Origin: Myxococcota bacterium
GTDB taxonomy: Bacteria > Myxococcota_A > UBA796 > CAJQPC01
Assembly: GCA_036012755.1 (NCBI GenBank)
Contig: DASCPX010000080.1
Location: forward strand, 1 to 50,404
Length of the DNA stretch: 50,404 nucleotides
Direction of reading: 5' to 3'
Position 1 is the stretch's first letter; each line of letters opens with the position of its first letter. Both the position numbers and the translations under genes were made by a program. The notes below the pieces were generated by a model, which was not told where the DNA came from, made no database searches, and was given only the letters and a program-made list of their open reading frames with translations. This document shows, piece by piece, positions 1 through 11,165 of this stretch.

Positions 1-1490
<1,490 letters not shown>

Positions 1491-1502
1491 GGCCCCAGCC
1501 TG

Positions 1503-1531
1503 TTGCGCTGGACAAAACACTGCATTAGATC
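1503..1531 (+). promoter_or_regulatory. Candidate sigma70-type promoter for the str operon
   Basis: TTGCGC (1503-1508), 17-nt spacer, TAGATC (1526-1531) in the A-rich rpoC-rpsL spacer. The -10 match is imperfect. Confidence 0.3.
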
Positions 1532-1565
1532 GCGCGGGCTCTGGCCCTCGGAAGGAACCAACTCA

Positions 1566-1940
1566 ATGCCCACCATCAACCAGCTGGTCCGCAAGGGGCG
1601 GAAGAAGAGCACGGCGAAGTCCAAGTCGCCAGCGCTTCAGAACTGCCCCCAGAAGCGCGGCGTCTGCACCCGCGTGTACACGACCACGCCCAAGAAGCCG
1701 AACTCGGCGCTGCGCAAGGTCGCCCGTGTTCGCCTGACCAATGGTATCGAGGTCACCTCGTACATCGGCGGCGAGGGTCACAACCTCCAGGAGCACAGCT
1801 CGGTCCTCATCCGCGGTGGTCGCGTCAAGGACCTGCCCGGAGTGCGCTACCACATCATCCGCGGCACGCTTGATTCCCAGGGCGTCAACGACCGGCGTCA
1901 GGGCCGCAGCAAGTACGGCGCCAAGCGCCCGAAGAAGTAG
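1566..1940 (+). CDS. rpsL: 30S ribosomal protein S12
   Basis: [12 protein letters not shown]...[11 protein letters not shown]...[10 protein letters not shown]; start moved to ATG 1566. Confidence 0.99.
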   Translation: MPTINQLVRKGRKKSTAKSKSPALQNCPQKRGVCTRVYTTTPKKPNSALRKVARVRLTNGIEVTSYIGGEGHNLQEHSSVLIRGGRVKDLPGVRYHIIRGTLDSQGVNDRRQGRSKYGAKRPKK

Positions 1941-1947
1941 GAACCAA

Positions 1948-2418
1948 ATGCCTCGTCGTCGCGAAGTCCCGAAGCGTCCCGTCCTTCCTGATCCGAAGTA
2001 CGGAGACCCCCTCGTCACTAAGTTCATGAACAATGTGATGAAGGACGGCAAGAAGAGCACCGCGGAGCAGATCGTCTACGGTGCCTTCGACGTCATCCAC
2101 GAGCGCACGCGCGAGGATCCGCTGAAGGTCTTCAAGCGCGCCCTCGAGAACGTCATGCCTGTCGTGGAGGTCAAGTCCCGCCGGGTCGGAGGCTCCACCT
2201 ACCAGGTCCCGATCGAGGTGAAGCCGAACCGCCAGCTGGCGCTCGCGATGCGCTGGCTCATCAACTACGCTCGCAACCGCGGTGGCCGCACGATGCGCGA
2301 CAAGCTGGCCAACGAGCTGATCGAGGCTTCCCACGGGCGCGGCAACGCCGTGAAGAAGAAGGAAGACACCCACCGCATGGCCGAGGCCAACAAGGCTTTC
2401 TCGCACTACCGCTGGTAG
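1948..2418 (+). CDS. rpsG: 30S ribosomal protein S7
   Basis: [10 protein letters not shown]...[12 protein letters not shown]...[15 protein letters not shown] 1948. Confidence 0.99.
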   Translation: MPRRREVPKRPVLPDPKYGDPLVTKFMNNVMKDGKKSTAEQIVYGAFDVIHERTREDPLKVFKRALENVMPVVEVKSRRVGGSTYQVPIEVKPNRQLALAMRWLINYARNRGGRTMRDKLANELIEASHGRGNAVKKKEDTHRMAEANKAFSHYRW

Positions 2419-2437
2419 CTCCTCCAGGGCTCGATAG

Positions 2438-2472
2438 GAGAGAGGCGTCCCTTTCGGGGGCGCCTTCTCTTC
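2438..2472 (+). terminator. Terminator-like hairpin between rpsG and fusA
   Basis: AGGCGTCCC-TTTCG-GGGGCGCCT stem-loop followed by the pyrimidine tract TCTCTTC. Confidence 0.6.
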
Positions 2473-2487
2473 ACTCTGGGACCCCTC

Positions 2488-4503
2488 GTGGACCTCGCGG
2501 CTCTACGCAACATCGGCATCCTGGCGCACATCGATGCCGGAAAGACCACGCTGACCGAGCGCATCCTGTTCATCGCGGGGGTGTCGTGGCGGATGGGTGA
2601 GGTCGATGATGGCACCGCCGTGATGGACTGGATGGAGCAGGAGCAGGAGAGGGGAATCACCATCACGTCCGCGGCGACGCGTGTGCGCTGGTGCGACCAC
2701 GCCATCAACATCATCGACACCCCGGGCCACGTGGACTTCACGGTCGAGGTGGAACGCAGCCTGCGCGTCCTGGATGCGTGCATAGTCGTCTTCTCGGCGG
2801 TCGAGGGCGTGCAGCCGCAGAGCGAGACGGTGTGGCGCCAGGCGGACGCGCACGAGGTCCCACGGCTCGCCTTCGTCAACAAGATGGACCGCGTGGGGGC
2901 TGACTTCGAGGGGGCCATCCGGCAGATCCGCCAGCGCCTGCGCTCACCCGCCGTGGCTTTCCAGCTGCCGGTCTTCCGAGACGACGAGCACACCGGCGCC
3001 GTAGACCTCCTCCGCATGGAGCTCGTGACCCACGGCGACGACCCCCATCGCGTCGAGGTCACGCGCGCTCCCGTCCCAGAGGAGTACGCGGACGAGGCCT
3101 GGCTCGCGCGCCAGCTCCTCGTCGAGGCCATCGCCGATACCGATGACGCGCTGCTGGAGCGCTACCTCGAGAAGGGAGAGCTGACCCTGGACGAGCTCGT
3201 CGCTGCTGCCCGGCGGGCGGTGCTCCAACGTCGCATCGTCCCGGTGTTCTGTGGCAGCGCCTTCCAGAACCGCGGGGTCCAGCCGCTGTTGGATGCGGTC
3301 CTCGACTTCCTGCCCTCGCCGCTCGATCGCCCTCCGATCGATCCTCGGCACCCACCGGACGCCGACGCTCCCTTCGCCGCCCTCGTCTTCAAGCTGCAGG
3401 CCGATGCCCAGGGCGTGCTGAGCTTCCTGCGCGTCTACAGCGGCTCCCTGGCCATTGGAGACACGGTCCTGAACGTCCGCACCAAGAAGCGCCTGAAGCT
3501 GGGCCGGCTCTACCGCATGCACGCAATGGAGCGCGAGGAGCTCCGCAGTATCTCCGCCGGAGAGATCGTCGCGGCCATGGGAGCAAAGGACACGACCACG
3601 GGCGACACGCTGTGCGATCCCAGGCATCCGGTGCAGCTGGAGTCGATCGCCTTCCCGGAGCCGGTGCTGTTCGTGGCAGTGGAACCCGAGACCGACGCCG
3701 ACCAGATCAAGCTCTCCGACAGCCTCGCCCGTCTGCGCGAGGAAGACCCGACCCTGCAGGTTCGCCGCAACGTCGAGACCGGTCAGACCATTCTCTGCGG
3801 AATGGGCGAGCTCCATCTGGAGATCGCCAGCGCCCGACTGGAGCGTGAGTTCGGGGTTCGGGCTCGGTTCGGACGGCCGCAGGTCGCATACCGCGAGGCC
3901 ATTCTCCGGAGCGCCGCCGGCGCCGAGCGCGTCGACCGAAAGGTGGGCCCCAAGGGCTTCTTTGCGGCCGTCTCGCTCACGATCGAAGAGGCCGAGGGGA
4001 TCGTCGTCGAGTTCGGCGAAGTCGGGATCAGCGGCGAGCACCAGCGGGCCGCAGAGGCCGGCATCCGAGAACGTCTGCTGCGCGGTCACCGAGCGGGTTT
4101 TCCCGTACACGACATCCTCGTCCGCCTCGTCGACGCCGAGGAGAACACCGTGGACAGCTGTCCGGGCGCGTTTCGCGTGGCTGGGGGCCTGGCGGTGGAG
4201 AAGGCGCTCGCCAGCGCCGGCGTCGTCGTCCTGGAGCCCATGATGCAGGTCGAGGTCAGCGTGCCCGACGACTACGTCGGCGGGGTCGTGGGCGATCTGA
4301 ACTCCCGGCGGGGTCGTGTCACCGACATCACGGCGCAGGGCGGACGCCAGACGCTGGTCGCCGAGTTGCCCCTGGCCTCGATGTTCGGCTACGCCACCGC
4401 CCTTCGGTCACTCACCCAGGGAAGGGCGGGCTACTCGATGGTCCTGCTGCGCTATTCGCCCATGCCCGCGGCGCTGTCGGATCGCGTCTTCGGGGTGGGC
4501 TGA
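2488..4503 (+). CDS. fusA: Elongation factor G, divergent paralog (EF-G2-like)
   Basis: GTPase motifs AHIDAGKTT, ERGITI, DTPGHVDF and NKMD are intact; it occupies the str-operon position; domain IV loops are divergent; GTG start. Confidence 0.92.
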   Translation: MDLAALRNIGILAHIDAGKTTLTERILFIAGVSWRMGEVDDGTAVMDWMEQEQERGITITSAATRVRWCDHAINIIDTPGHVDFTVEVERSLRVLDACIVVFSAVEGVQPQSETVWRQADAHEVPRLAFVNKMDRVGADFEGAIRQIRQRLRSPAVAFQLPVFRDDEHTGAVDLLRMELVTHGDDPHRVEVTRAPVPEEYADEAWLARQLLVEAIADTDDALLERYLEKGELTLDELVAAARRAVLQRRIVPVFCGSAFQNRGVQPLLDAVLDFLPSPLDRPPIDPRHPPDADAPFAALVFKLQADAQGVLSFLRVYSGSLAIGDTVLNVRTKKRLKLGRLYRMHAMEREELRSISAGEIVAAMGAKDTTTGDTLCDPRHPVQLESIAFPEPVLFVAVEPETDADQIKLSDSLARLREEDPTLQVRRNVETGQTILCGMGELHLEIASARLEREFGVRARFGRPQVAYREAILRSAAGAERVDRKVGPKGFFAAVSLTIEEAEGIVVEFGEVGISGEHQRAAEAGIRERLLRGHRAGFPVHDILVRLVDAEENTVDSCPGAFRVAGGLAVEKALASAGVVVLEPMMQVEVSVPDDYVGGVVGDLNSRRGRVTDITAQGGRQTLVAELPLASMFGYATALRSLTQGRAGYSMVLLRYSPMPAALSDRVFGVG

Positions 4504-4706
4504 GGCCCTCTCCCCTGCTTCGCCGCGCTCGGCGCCCGCGCCTCGCTATTCGTTCCCGGATCTATATGGCGAGCGGTCACCCAACCGGCTAAACGCCGGT
4601 GGTTCCGTCTTCCAGCCTCGGGACGTGCCTGAGGGCACAAGGTGGGAGACACCCTCCGGAGGGGCCACCGGCTCACCGGAGTGAAGCGTCTTCAGGAGCA
4701 ATCCAA

Positions 4707-5021
<315 letters not shown>

Positions 5022-5042
5022 GTCGGGAGAGAAGAGAACCTC

Positions 5043-5666
5043 ATGCCTACCGTCGACATCTACAACACTGACAAGAAGAAGGTCGGCACCGTCGATCTCG
5101 ATGACGCCGTGTTCGGCGCCGAGGTCAAGGAGCACCTCTTCTACACGGCCGTTCGCTACCAGATGGCCAAGCGCCGCCAGGGCACCCACAAGACGAAGAG
5201 TCGCAGCGAGGTCAGGGGCGGAGGCAGGAAGCCCTTCCGCCAGAAGGGCACCGGCCGCGCCCGCCAGGGCACGATCCGCGCCGTCCACATGCGGGGCGGC
5301 GGTGTCGTGTTCGGTCCCACAGTGCGCGATCACGCTCACAAGATGCCCAAGAAGGTCCGCCGCGCCGCTCTCCGGAGCGCACTCTCTCGCCGCGTCGAGG
5401 AGTCGTCGTTCACGGTCTTCGACAACTTCACGCTGGACCGGATCAAGACGAAGGACTTCAAGGCCGTGCTCGACACCTTCGAGTTCGACGGCCTGCTGCT
5501 GATCGTCAGCGAGAAGAGCGACAACGTCTGCAAGTCTGCCCGCAACCTCCCCGGCGTCACGGTCCTCCCCGTCGCGGGCCTCAACGTCTACGACATCCTG
5601 AAGCACCAGAACGTGGCTGCCACCCAGGACGCCATCGCCGGGATCACCGCCCGGCTGGGGAGCTGA
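5043..5666 (+). CDS. rplD: 50S ribosomal protein L4
   Basis: [32 protein letters not shown] and RGGGVVFGP motifs. Confidence 0.99.
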   Translation: MPTVDIYNTDKKKVGTVDLDDAVFGAEVKEHLFYTAVRYQMAKRRQGTHKTKSRSEVRGGGRKPFRQKGTGRARQGTIRAVHMRGGGVVFGPTVRDHAHKMPKKVRRAALRSALSRRVEESSFTVFDNFTLDRIKTKDFKAVLDTFEFDGLLLIVSEKSDNVCKSARNLPGVTVLPVAGLNVYDILKHQNVAATQDAIAGITARLGS

Positions 5667-5667
5667 C

Positions 5668-5964
5668 ATGGCCCAGATCCACGACATCATCCTGAGCCCG
5701 GTCGTGACGGAGAAGTCGACCTTCGCCAACGAGGACAACACCTATGTCTTCAAGGTCGGGATCAAGTCCAACAAGCACGAGATCAAGGACGCGGTGGAGC
5801 GCTTCTTCGGTGTTCGCGTCGCGAAGGTCCGGACCTTGGTCGTCCGGGGCAAGATCAAGCGCTTTGGCCGACACCACGGCCGCCGTTCGGACTGGAAGAA
5901 GGCCTACGTGACCCTCCAGGACGGCGAGTCCATCAACTTCTACGCCGAGGAAGGCGAGGCATAG
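5668..5964 (+). CDS. rplW: 50S ribosomal protein L23
   Basis: PVVTEKS...NKHEIKDAVE...WKKAYVTL. Confidence 0.98.
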   Translation: MAQIHDIILSPVVTEKSTFANEDNTYVFKVGIKSNKHEIKDAVERFFGVRVAKVRTLVVRGKIKRFGRHHGRRSDWKKAYVTLQDGESINFYAEEGEA

Positions 5965-5982
5965 CCGCCTCCAAGGAATCCC

Positions 5983-6816
5983 ATGGGTATCAAGAAGTAC
6001 AAGCCGACCAGTGATGGACGCCGCTTCATGAGCGGATCGGACTTCTCCGAGGTCACTCGGAAAGGTCCGGAGCGCTCCCTGCTGGCTCCGCTGAAGAAGA
6101 ACGGCGGCCGCAACAACCGCGGCCGGCTCACGGTTCGCCATCGGGGCGGTGGCCACAAGCGTCGCTACCGCATCATCGACTTCAAGCGTGACAAGGTCGG
6201 CGTCCCCGGCAAGGTCGCCGGTATCGAGTACGACCCGAACCGCTCGGCGCGTATCGCGCTCATCCACTTCGTCGACGGCGAGAAGCGGTACGTCCTGCAC
6301 CCGCTCAACCTCAACGTCGGGGACTTCATCGTCACCTCGGACGAGGCCGACATCAAGCCGGGGAACGCGATGCACCTCTTCGCGGTGCCGCTGGGTACGT
6401 GGGTGCACAACGTCGAGCTCCAGCCCGGACATGGCGGCCAGCTGTGTCGCTCGGCGGGGTCCTACGCCCAGGTCATGGCGAAGGAGGGCAACTACGTCCT
6501 GCTCCGCCTGCCCTCCGGTGAGCTTCGCCAGGTCCACCGCACCTGCCACGGCACCATCGGCCAGGTCGGCAACCTGGAGCACGAGAACATCAAGATCGGC
6601 AAGGCTGGTCGGACGCGCTGGCTCGGCCGGCGTCCCAAGGTCCGCGGCGCTGCCATGAACCCAGTCGACCACCCCCACGGTGGTGGCGAGGGCCGCACGA
6701 CCGGCGGTCGGCATCCGGTGACCCCCTGGGGCAAGCCGACCAAGGGTGCCAAGACCCGTCGTCGGAAGAAGCCCAGCAACCGCTTTATCGTGAAGCGCCG
6801 CGGCAACCGCCGTTAG
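5983..6816 (+). CDS. rplB: 50S ribosomal protein L2
   Basis: [21 protein letters not shown] and [14 protein letters not shown]. Confidence 0.99.
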   Translation: MGIKKYKPTSDGRRFMSGSDFSEVTRKGPERSLLAPLKKNGGRNNRGRLTVRHRGGGHKRRYRIIDFKRDKVGVPGKVAGIEYDPNRSARIALIHFVDGEKRYVLHPLNLNVGDFIVTSDEADIKPGNAMHLFAVPLGTWVHNVELQPGHGGQLCRSAGSYAQVMAKEGNYVLLRLPSGELRQVHRTCHGTIGQVGNLEHENIKIGKAGRTRWLGRRPKVRGAAMNPVDHPHGGGEGRTTGGRHPVTPWGKPTKGAKTRRRKKPSNRFIVKRRGNRR

Positions 6817-6825
6817 GAGTCCTAC

Positions 6826-7107
6826 GTGGCACGCAGCATCAAGAAGGGTCCCTTCGTCGACCAGAGCCTGCTTCGTCGGGTCGCCAAGGCCCGCGAGTCG
6901 GGTCAGAACAACCCCGTGATCAAGACCTGGTCACGTCGTTCGACGATCTTGCCGGACTTCATCGGCCTCACCTTCGCCGTTCACAACGGCAAGAAGTTCA
7001 TCCCGGTGTACATCACGGAGAACATGATCGGGCACAAGCTCGGTGAGTTCTCTCCGACACGCACCTTCTACGGACACGCGGGCGACAAGAAGTCCCGCGT
7101 CCGCTGA
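6826..7107 (+). CDS. rpsS: 30S ribosomal protein S19
   Basis: [10 protein letters not shown]...KTWSRRS...[14 protein letters not shown] start. Confidence 0.99.
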   Translation: MARSIKKGPFVDQSLLRRVAKARESGQNNPVIKTWSRRSTILPDFIGLTFAVHNGKKFIPVYITENMIGHKLGEFSPTRTFYGHAGDKKSRVR

Positions 7108-7117
7108 GGGAGACATC

Positions 7118-7459
7118 ATGCAGTCAAAGGCCAGCTTGCGCTTCGCTCGCATCTCGCCCCGCAAGGCCCGCCTCGTCGCGGACCTGGTGCGCGGTGACGA
7201 TGTCGACCATGCGCTGGAGAAGCTGACGTTCACCCGGAAGAAGACCGCCCCGCTCATCAAGAAGTTGATCGAGTCAGCGGTCGCCAACGCAGAGAGCAAC
7301 AACGACAGCCTCGACATCGACGCGCTCTACGTCGCCCGTATCTGGGTGGACCAGGGAGCGTCGCTGCGTCGGTGGCGTCCTCGCGCGATGGGCCGCGCTA
7401 CACGCATCCAGAAGCCCACGTCGCACATCCACGTCGTCCTCGACGTGCGGGAGGAGTAG
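7118..7459 (+). CDS. rplV: 50S ribosomal protein L22
   Basis: [12 protein letters not shown]...PRAMGRA...TSHIHV; ATG 7118. Confidence 0.98.
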   Translation: MQSKASLRFARISPRKARLVADLVRGDDVDHALEKLTFTRKKTAPLIKKLIESAVANAESNNDSLDIDALYVARIWVDQGASLRRWRPRAMGRATRIQKPTSHIHVVLDVREE

Positions 7460-8107
7460 ATGGGACAGAAAGTCCACCCCGTCGGTTTTCGCGTCGGTAT
7501 CGTCCGTGGCTGGGACGCCCAGTGGTTCGCTGAGAAGGACTACAAGAAGTTCCTCCACGAGGACATGGCGATCCGGAAGTTCATCAAAGAGAAGTACTAC
7601 AGCGCGGGGATCTCTCGCGTGACCATCGAGCGCGCGGCGAACAAGGCCAAGGTCTTCATCCACGCCGCGAAGCCGGGCATCATCCTCGGCAAGCGCGCGA
7701 CCGGCCTGGAGATCCTCCGCAGCGACCTGCAGAAGCTCACGGCGACCGAGATCTACCCGAACGTCATCGAGGTTCGGAAGGTCGAGACCGACGCCCAACT
7801 CGTCGCAGAGAACATCGCCGCGCAGCTGTGCAAGCGCGTCAGCTTCCGCAGGGCGATGAAGAAGGCGGTCACCCAGGCACAGCGAGCTGGCGCCCGTGGC
7901 GTCAAGGTCATGTGCGGCGGTCGCCTCGGCGGCTCCGAGATGTCCCGCCGCGAGTGGTACCGCGAGGGTCGCGTGCCGCTTCACACCCTTCGCGCCGACA
8001 TCGATTACGGCCTCGCCGAAGCCAAGACCACCTACGGCGTCATCGGCGTCAAGGTCTGGATCTTCAAGGGCGAGATCATGCCTGGCGACGACACCGCGCC
8101 GGTCTAG
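7460..8107 (+). CDS. rpsC: 30S ribosomal protein S3
   Basis: [11 protein letters not shown]...GRLGG...[15 protein letters not shown]. Confidence 0.99.
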   Translation: MGQKVHPVGFRVGIVRGWDAQWFAEKDYKKFLHEDMAIRKFIKEKYYSAGISRVTIERAANKAKVFIHAAKPGIILGKRATGLEILRSDLQKLTATEIYPNVIEVRKVETDAQLVAENIAAQLCKRVSFRRAMKKAVTQAQRAGARGVKVMCGGRLGGSEMSRREWYREGRVPLHTLRADIDYGLAEAKTTYGVIGVKVWIFKGEIMPGDDTAPV

Positions 8108-8116
8108 GAGACCAAC

Positions 8117-8533
8117 ATGCTCACCCCCAAGCGCGTCAAGTACCGCAAGCGCCAGAAGGGCCGGATGACCGGCCTCGCTTGGCGTGGGTCCGACGTCTCC
8201 TTTGGCGAGTACGGACTGATGGCGACGACCTGCGGACGCATCACGTCCCGGCAGCTCGAGGCCGGCCGTATCGCGATGACCCGCCACGTGAAGCGCGGCG
8301 GCAAGGTCTGGATCCGCATCTTCCCCGACAAGCCGGTCTCCAAGAAGCCGGCCGAGACCCGCATGGGCAAGGGCAAGGGCCCTCCCGAGTACTGGGTCGC
8401 CGTCGTCAAGCCGGGGCGGATCCTCTACGAGCTCGACGGTGTGCCGGAGGACGTCGCCAAGGCGGCGCTGGAGCGTGCTGGCCACAAGATGCCCGTGGGC
8501 TGGAAGATCGTGAAGCGCGAAGGACTGCTGTGA
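8117..8533 (+). CDS. rplP: 50S ribosomal protein L16
   Basis: [11 protein letters not shown]...WIRIFPDKP...ETRMGKGKG. Confidence 0.99.
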   Translation: MLTPKRVKYRKRQKGRMTGLAWRGSDVSFGEYGLMATTCGRITSRQLEAGRIAMTRHVKRGGKVWIRIFPDKPVSKKPAETRMGKGKGPPEYWVAVVKPGRILYELDGVPEDVAKAALERAGHKMPVGWKIVKREGLL

Positions 8534-8862
8534 TGAACTACGCCGACCTCACCGGGATGAACGACGAGCAGCTCGTCCACGCCGAGCTCGACCTCGAGCG
8601 CCAGCTGATCACCGTGCGCTTCCAGCACGCGACCAACCAGCTCCAGGACTCGAGCCAGCTCAAGAAGCTCCGTCGCGACATCGCCCGCCTCCGCACCGCG
8701 GCCCGCAGTCGTGAGCTCGAGAAGGGCCTTCGCAAGAACGCCCTCCGGGACTCCCACTCTTCCTCCTTCGATCCCGACACGGCGGTCGCCCTGACGGCCG
8801 AGGCTGGCGCCAGCGGCGGCTTCCTCAAGGGAATCGTTGACAAGATCGGCGGCAGCGAATAA
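8533..8862 (+). CDS. rpmC: 50S ribosomal protein L29 with an approximately 45-aa C-terminal extension (109 aa)
   Basis: TGATG overlap with rplP; L29 core RFQHATNQL...LRRDIARLRT; the frame continues to TAA at 8860-8862. Confidence 0.93.
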   Translation: MNYADLTGMNDEQLVHAELDLERQLITVRFQHATNQLQDSSQLKKLRRDIARLRTAARSRELEKGLRKNALRDSHSSSFDPDTAVALTAEAGASGGFLKGIVDKIGGSE

Positions 8863-9049
8863 TTCGCCGCCGATTCACGGGCGTTCGCCCGAAGAACCCT
8901 AGCGAAGGCACTGGAGGGTGGTACCCCACCGCGTGCCGGGCAAGATGGCCCACCGACCCGAGTCCTGCTCGCAGGAGACCCGGCCGGATCACCAGCAAGC
9001 CCAGACCGGACCCGCTCGTCCGCCTTCGCGCCTCCGTCGTGAGCCGAAC
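8845..9049 (+). ncRNA. Candidate structured cis-regulatory RNA in the rpmC-rpsQ spacer
   Basis: A 187-nt spacer where these genes normally abut; at least five hairpins seen by eye (see findings). Confidence 0.4.
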
Positions 9050-9319
9050 ATGTCCGAGACTACTGAGGCCAAGTCCGGTCGCCGCGTGCTGACCGGGACG
9101 GTCGTGTCCGCGAAGATGGACAAGACGATCAGCGTCGAGGTGATCCGCCGTGTCAAGCACAGCCGGTATCACAAGTACATCAATCGTCGGAACGTCTTCA
9201 AGGCGCACGACGAGGACAACAGCTGCGAAGCTGGCGACAACGTCGTCATCAGAGAGTCGCGGCCGCTCTCCAAGACCAAGCGGTGGGTGCTCATCGAGCG
9301 ACACCCGCGCAACGCCTGA
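9050..9319 (+). CDS. rpsQ: 30S ribosomal protein S17
   Basis: [14 protein letters not shown]...AHDEDN...[14 protein letters not shown] 9050. Confidence 0.98.
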   Translation: MSETTEAKSGRRVLTGTVVSAKMDKTISVEVIRRVKHSRYHKYINRRNVFKAHDEDNSCEAGDNVVIRESRPLSKTKRWVLIERHPRNA

Positions 9320-9331
9320 GGCGGTGTACCG

Positions 9332-9700
9332 ATGATCCAGAGCGAGACCGTTCTCGATGTCGCCGACAACAGCGGCGCCAAGAAGCTGAGGACGATCAAG
9401 GTCCTCGGCGGAAGCAAGCGACGCTACGCCTCCATCGGGGACGTGGTGGTCGTCTCCGTTCGAGAGGCCACCCCCAACGGCAAGGTCAAGAAGGGCGAGG
9501 TCGCCAAGGCGGTCATCGTCCGGACCAAGAAGGAGATTCGGCGCAAGGACGGGACCTACATCCGGTTCGACGTGAACTCCGCCGTGATGATCGATGCCCA
9601 GGGCGAGCCCATCGGAACGCGCATCTTCGGCCCTGTGGCTCGAGAGCTGCGCGCGAAGAAGTACATGCGCATCGTCAGCCTTGCCCCCGAGGTGCTGTGA
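9332..9700 (+). CDS. rplN: 50S ribosomal protein L14
   Basis: [17 protein letters not shown]...[12 protein letters not shown]...SLAPEVL. Confidence 0.99.
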   Translation: MIQSETVLDVADNSGAKKLRTIKVLGGSKRRYASIGDVVVVSVREATPNGKVKKGEVAKAVIVRTKKEIRRKDGTYIRFDVNSAVMIDAQGEPIGTRIFGPVARELRAKKYMRIVSLAPEVL

Positions 9701-10014
9701 TGGCCAACAAGATCAGGCGTGGCGACCAGGTCGTGGTCATCACGGGAAAGGACAAGGGCAAGACGGGCCGCGTGCTCAAGGTGCTCCCCACGGATGGCCG
9801 CATCGTCGTCGAAGGCGTCAACGTGGTGAAGAAGCACCAGAAGCCTGCGGGTGACCAGCCCGGCCAGATCCTGAACAAGGAAGCTGCCCTGAACATCTCC
9901 AACGTCGCCCTCTGGAACGAGACGGAGGGCCGCCGCGTCAAGGCGGGCTTCATCTTCGACGAGGAAGGCGACAAAGTCCGCGTCGACAAGAAGACCGGCA
10001 CTCGCCTGGATTGA
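9700..10014 (+). CDS. rplX: 50S ribosomal protein L24
   Basis: KOW motif [16 protein letters not shown], then [15 protein letters not shown] overlap with rplN. Confidence 0.98.
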   Translation: MANKIRRGDQVVVITGKDKGKTGRVLKVLPTDGRIVVEGVNVVKKHQKPAGDQPGQILNKEAALNISNVALWNETEGRRVKAGFIFDEEGDKVRVDKKTGTRLD

Positions 10015-10022
10015 GAGAGAAC

Positions 10023-10565
10023 ATGACCCCCCGAGTCAAGAACCTCTACTTCGAGAGCGCCCGCGGCAAGCTGCAGGAGGAGTTCGACTACGCGAACCCC
10101 ATGCAGATCCCGCGGCTCGAGAAGATCGTCGTCAACACTTGTCTCAAAGAGGCCATCCAGAACACGAAGGTGCTGGATCAGGCCGCCGCCGAGCTCGGGT
10201 TGATCACCGGCCAGAAGGCCATCATTCGCCGCGCCCGGCGCAGCATCGCGAACTTCAAGCTGCGTGAGGGCATGCCGCTGGGTGCCAAGGTGACCCTCCG
10301 TGGCCGGAAGATGTGGTTCTTCTACGACCGTCTCGTCTCCGTCGCGATTCCGCGCATCCGCGACTTCCGTGGGATGAGCCCGAAGGCCTTCGACGGCCGC
10401 GGGAACTACTCCCTCGGCCTGACCGAGCAGATTCTCTTCCCGGAGATCGACTACGACAAGGTCCAGCGGATCACCGGGATGAACATCACCATCGTCACCA
10501 CTGCAAAGACCGACGCCGAGGGCCGCGCCCTCCTCAAGGCGCTCGGCTTCCCCCTCCGGAGCTGA
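10023..10565 (+). CDS. rplE: 50S ribosomal protein L5
   Basis: [12 protein letters not shown]...FKLREG...PRIRDFRG...FDGRGNY. Confidence 0.98.
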   Translation: MTPRVKNLYFESARGKLQEEFDYANPMQIPRLEKIVVNTCLKEAIQNTKVLDQAAAELGLITGQKAIIRRARRSIANFKLREGMPLGAKVTLRGRKMWFFYDRLVSVAIPRIRDFRGMSPKAFDGRGNYSLGLTEQILFPEIDYDKVQRITGMNITIVTTAKTDAEGRALLKALGFPLRS

Positions 10566-10567
10566 AC

Positions 10568-10753
10568 GTGGCCAAGAAGTCGATGATCGCCAAGTCAAAG
10601 CGGAAGCAGAAGTTCGCTGTCCGCGAGAAGAACCGCTGCAAGCGCTGTGGTCGGCCTCGTGCCTATTACCGCGAGTTCGGCGTCTGCCGAATCTGCCTCC
10701 GGGAGATGGCCCTCGCCGGTCAGCTCCCCGGCGTCACCAAGGCGAGTTGGTAA
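10568..10753 (+). CDS. rpsN: 30S ribosomal protein S14, zinc-binding (type Z, 61 aa)
   Basis: GTG start; [10 protein letters not shown]...CRICLRE...PGVTKASW. Confidence 0.97.
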   Translation: MAKKSMIAKSKRKQKFAVREKNRCKRCGRPRAYYREFGVCRICLREMALAGQLPGVTKASW

Positions 10754-10763
10754 GGAGCCAAGC

Positions 10764-11156
10764 ATGACCGATCCCATCGCCGACATGCTCACGCGCATTC
10801 GCAACGCGGGCACGGCTGGTCACACCAGCTGCAAGGTGCCTCGTTCGAAGATCAAGCTGGCCGTCGTCAAGATCCTCAAGGAGGAGGGCTTCCTCGAGGG
10901 CTACATCGACGTGCCTGAGGAGCCTCAGGGCCACATCAAGGTCTTCATCCGCTACGACACGTCCGAGGCCAACATCATTCGCGGGATCCAGCGGGTGAGC
11001 AAGCCCGGCCGCCGCGTCTATGTGGGCAAGGGCGACATTCCCCGGGTCCGCAACGGCCTTGGTGTCGCCATCCTCACCACCCCGCGTGGGATCCTCTCCG
11101 ACTTCGCCGCCCGTCAGGCCGGCGTCGGCGGCGAAGTCCTCTGCTACGTCTGGTAG
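10764..11156 (+). CDS. rpsH: 30S ribosomal protein S8
   Basis: MTDPIADMLTRIRNA...RVSKPGRRVY...GGEVLCYVW. Confidence 0.99.
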   Translation: MTDPIADMLTRIRNAGTAGHTSCKVPRSKIKLAVVKILKEEGFLEGYIDVPEEPQGHIKVFIRYDTSEANIIRGIQRVSKPGRRVYVGKGDIPRVRNGLGVAILTTPRGILSDFAARQAGVGGEVLCYVW

Positions 11157-11165
11157 GAGGCTTCG

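Noticed and set aside
1680..1840. Streptomycin-resistance substitutions in S12
   Set aside because: PKKPNS and RVKDLPG are the wild-type sequences.
7828..8532. Apparent 344-aa L29 fusion in the ORF track
   Set aside because: The upstream part overlaps rpsC and rplP in another frame. Only 8533-8862 is supported.
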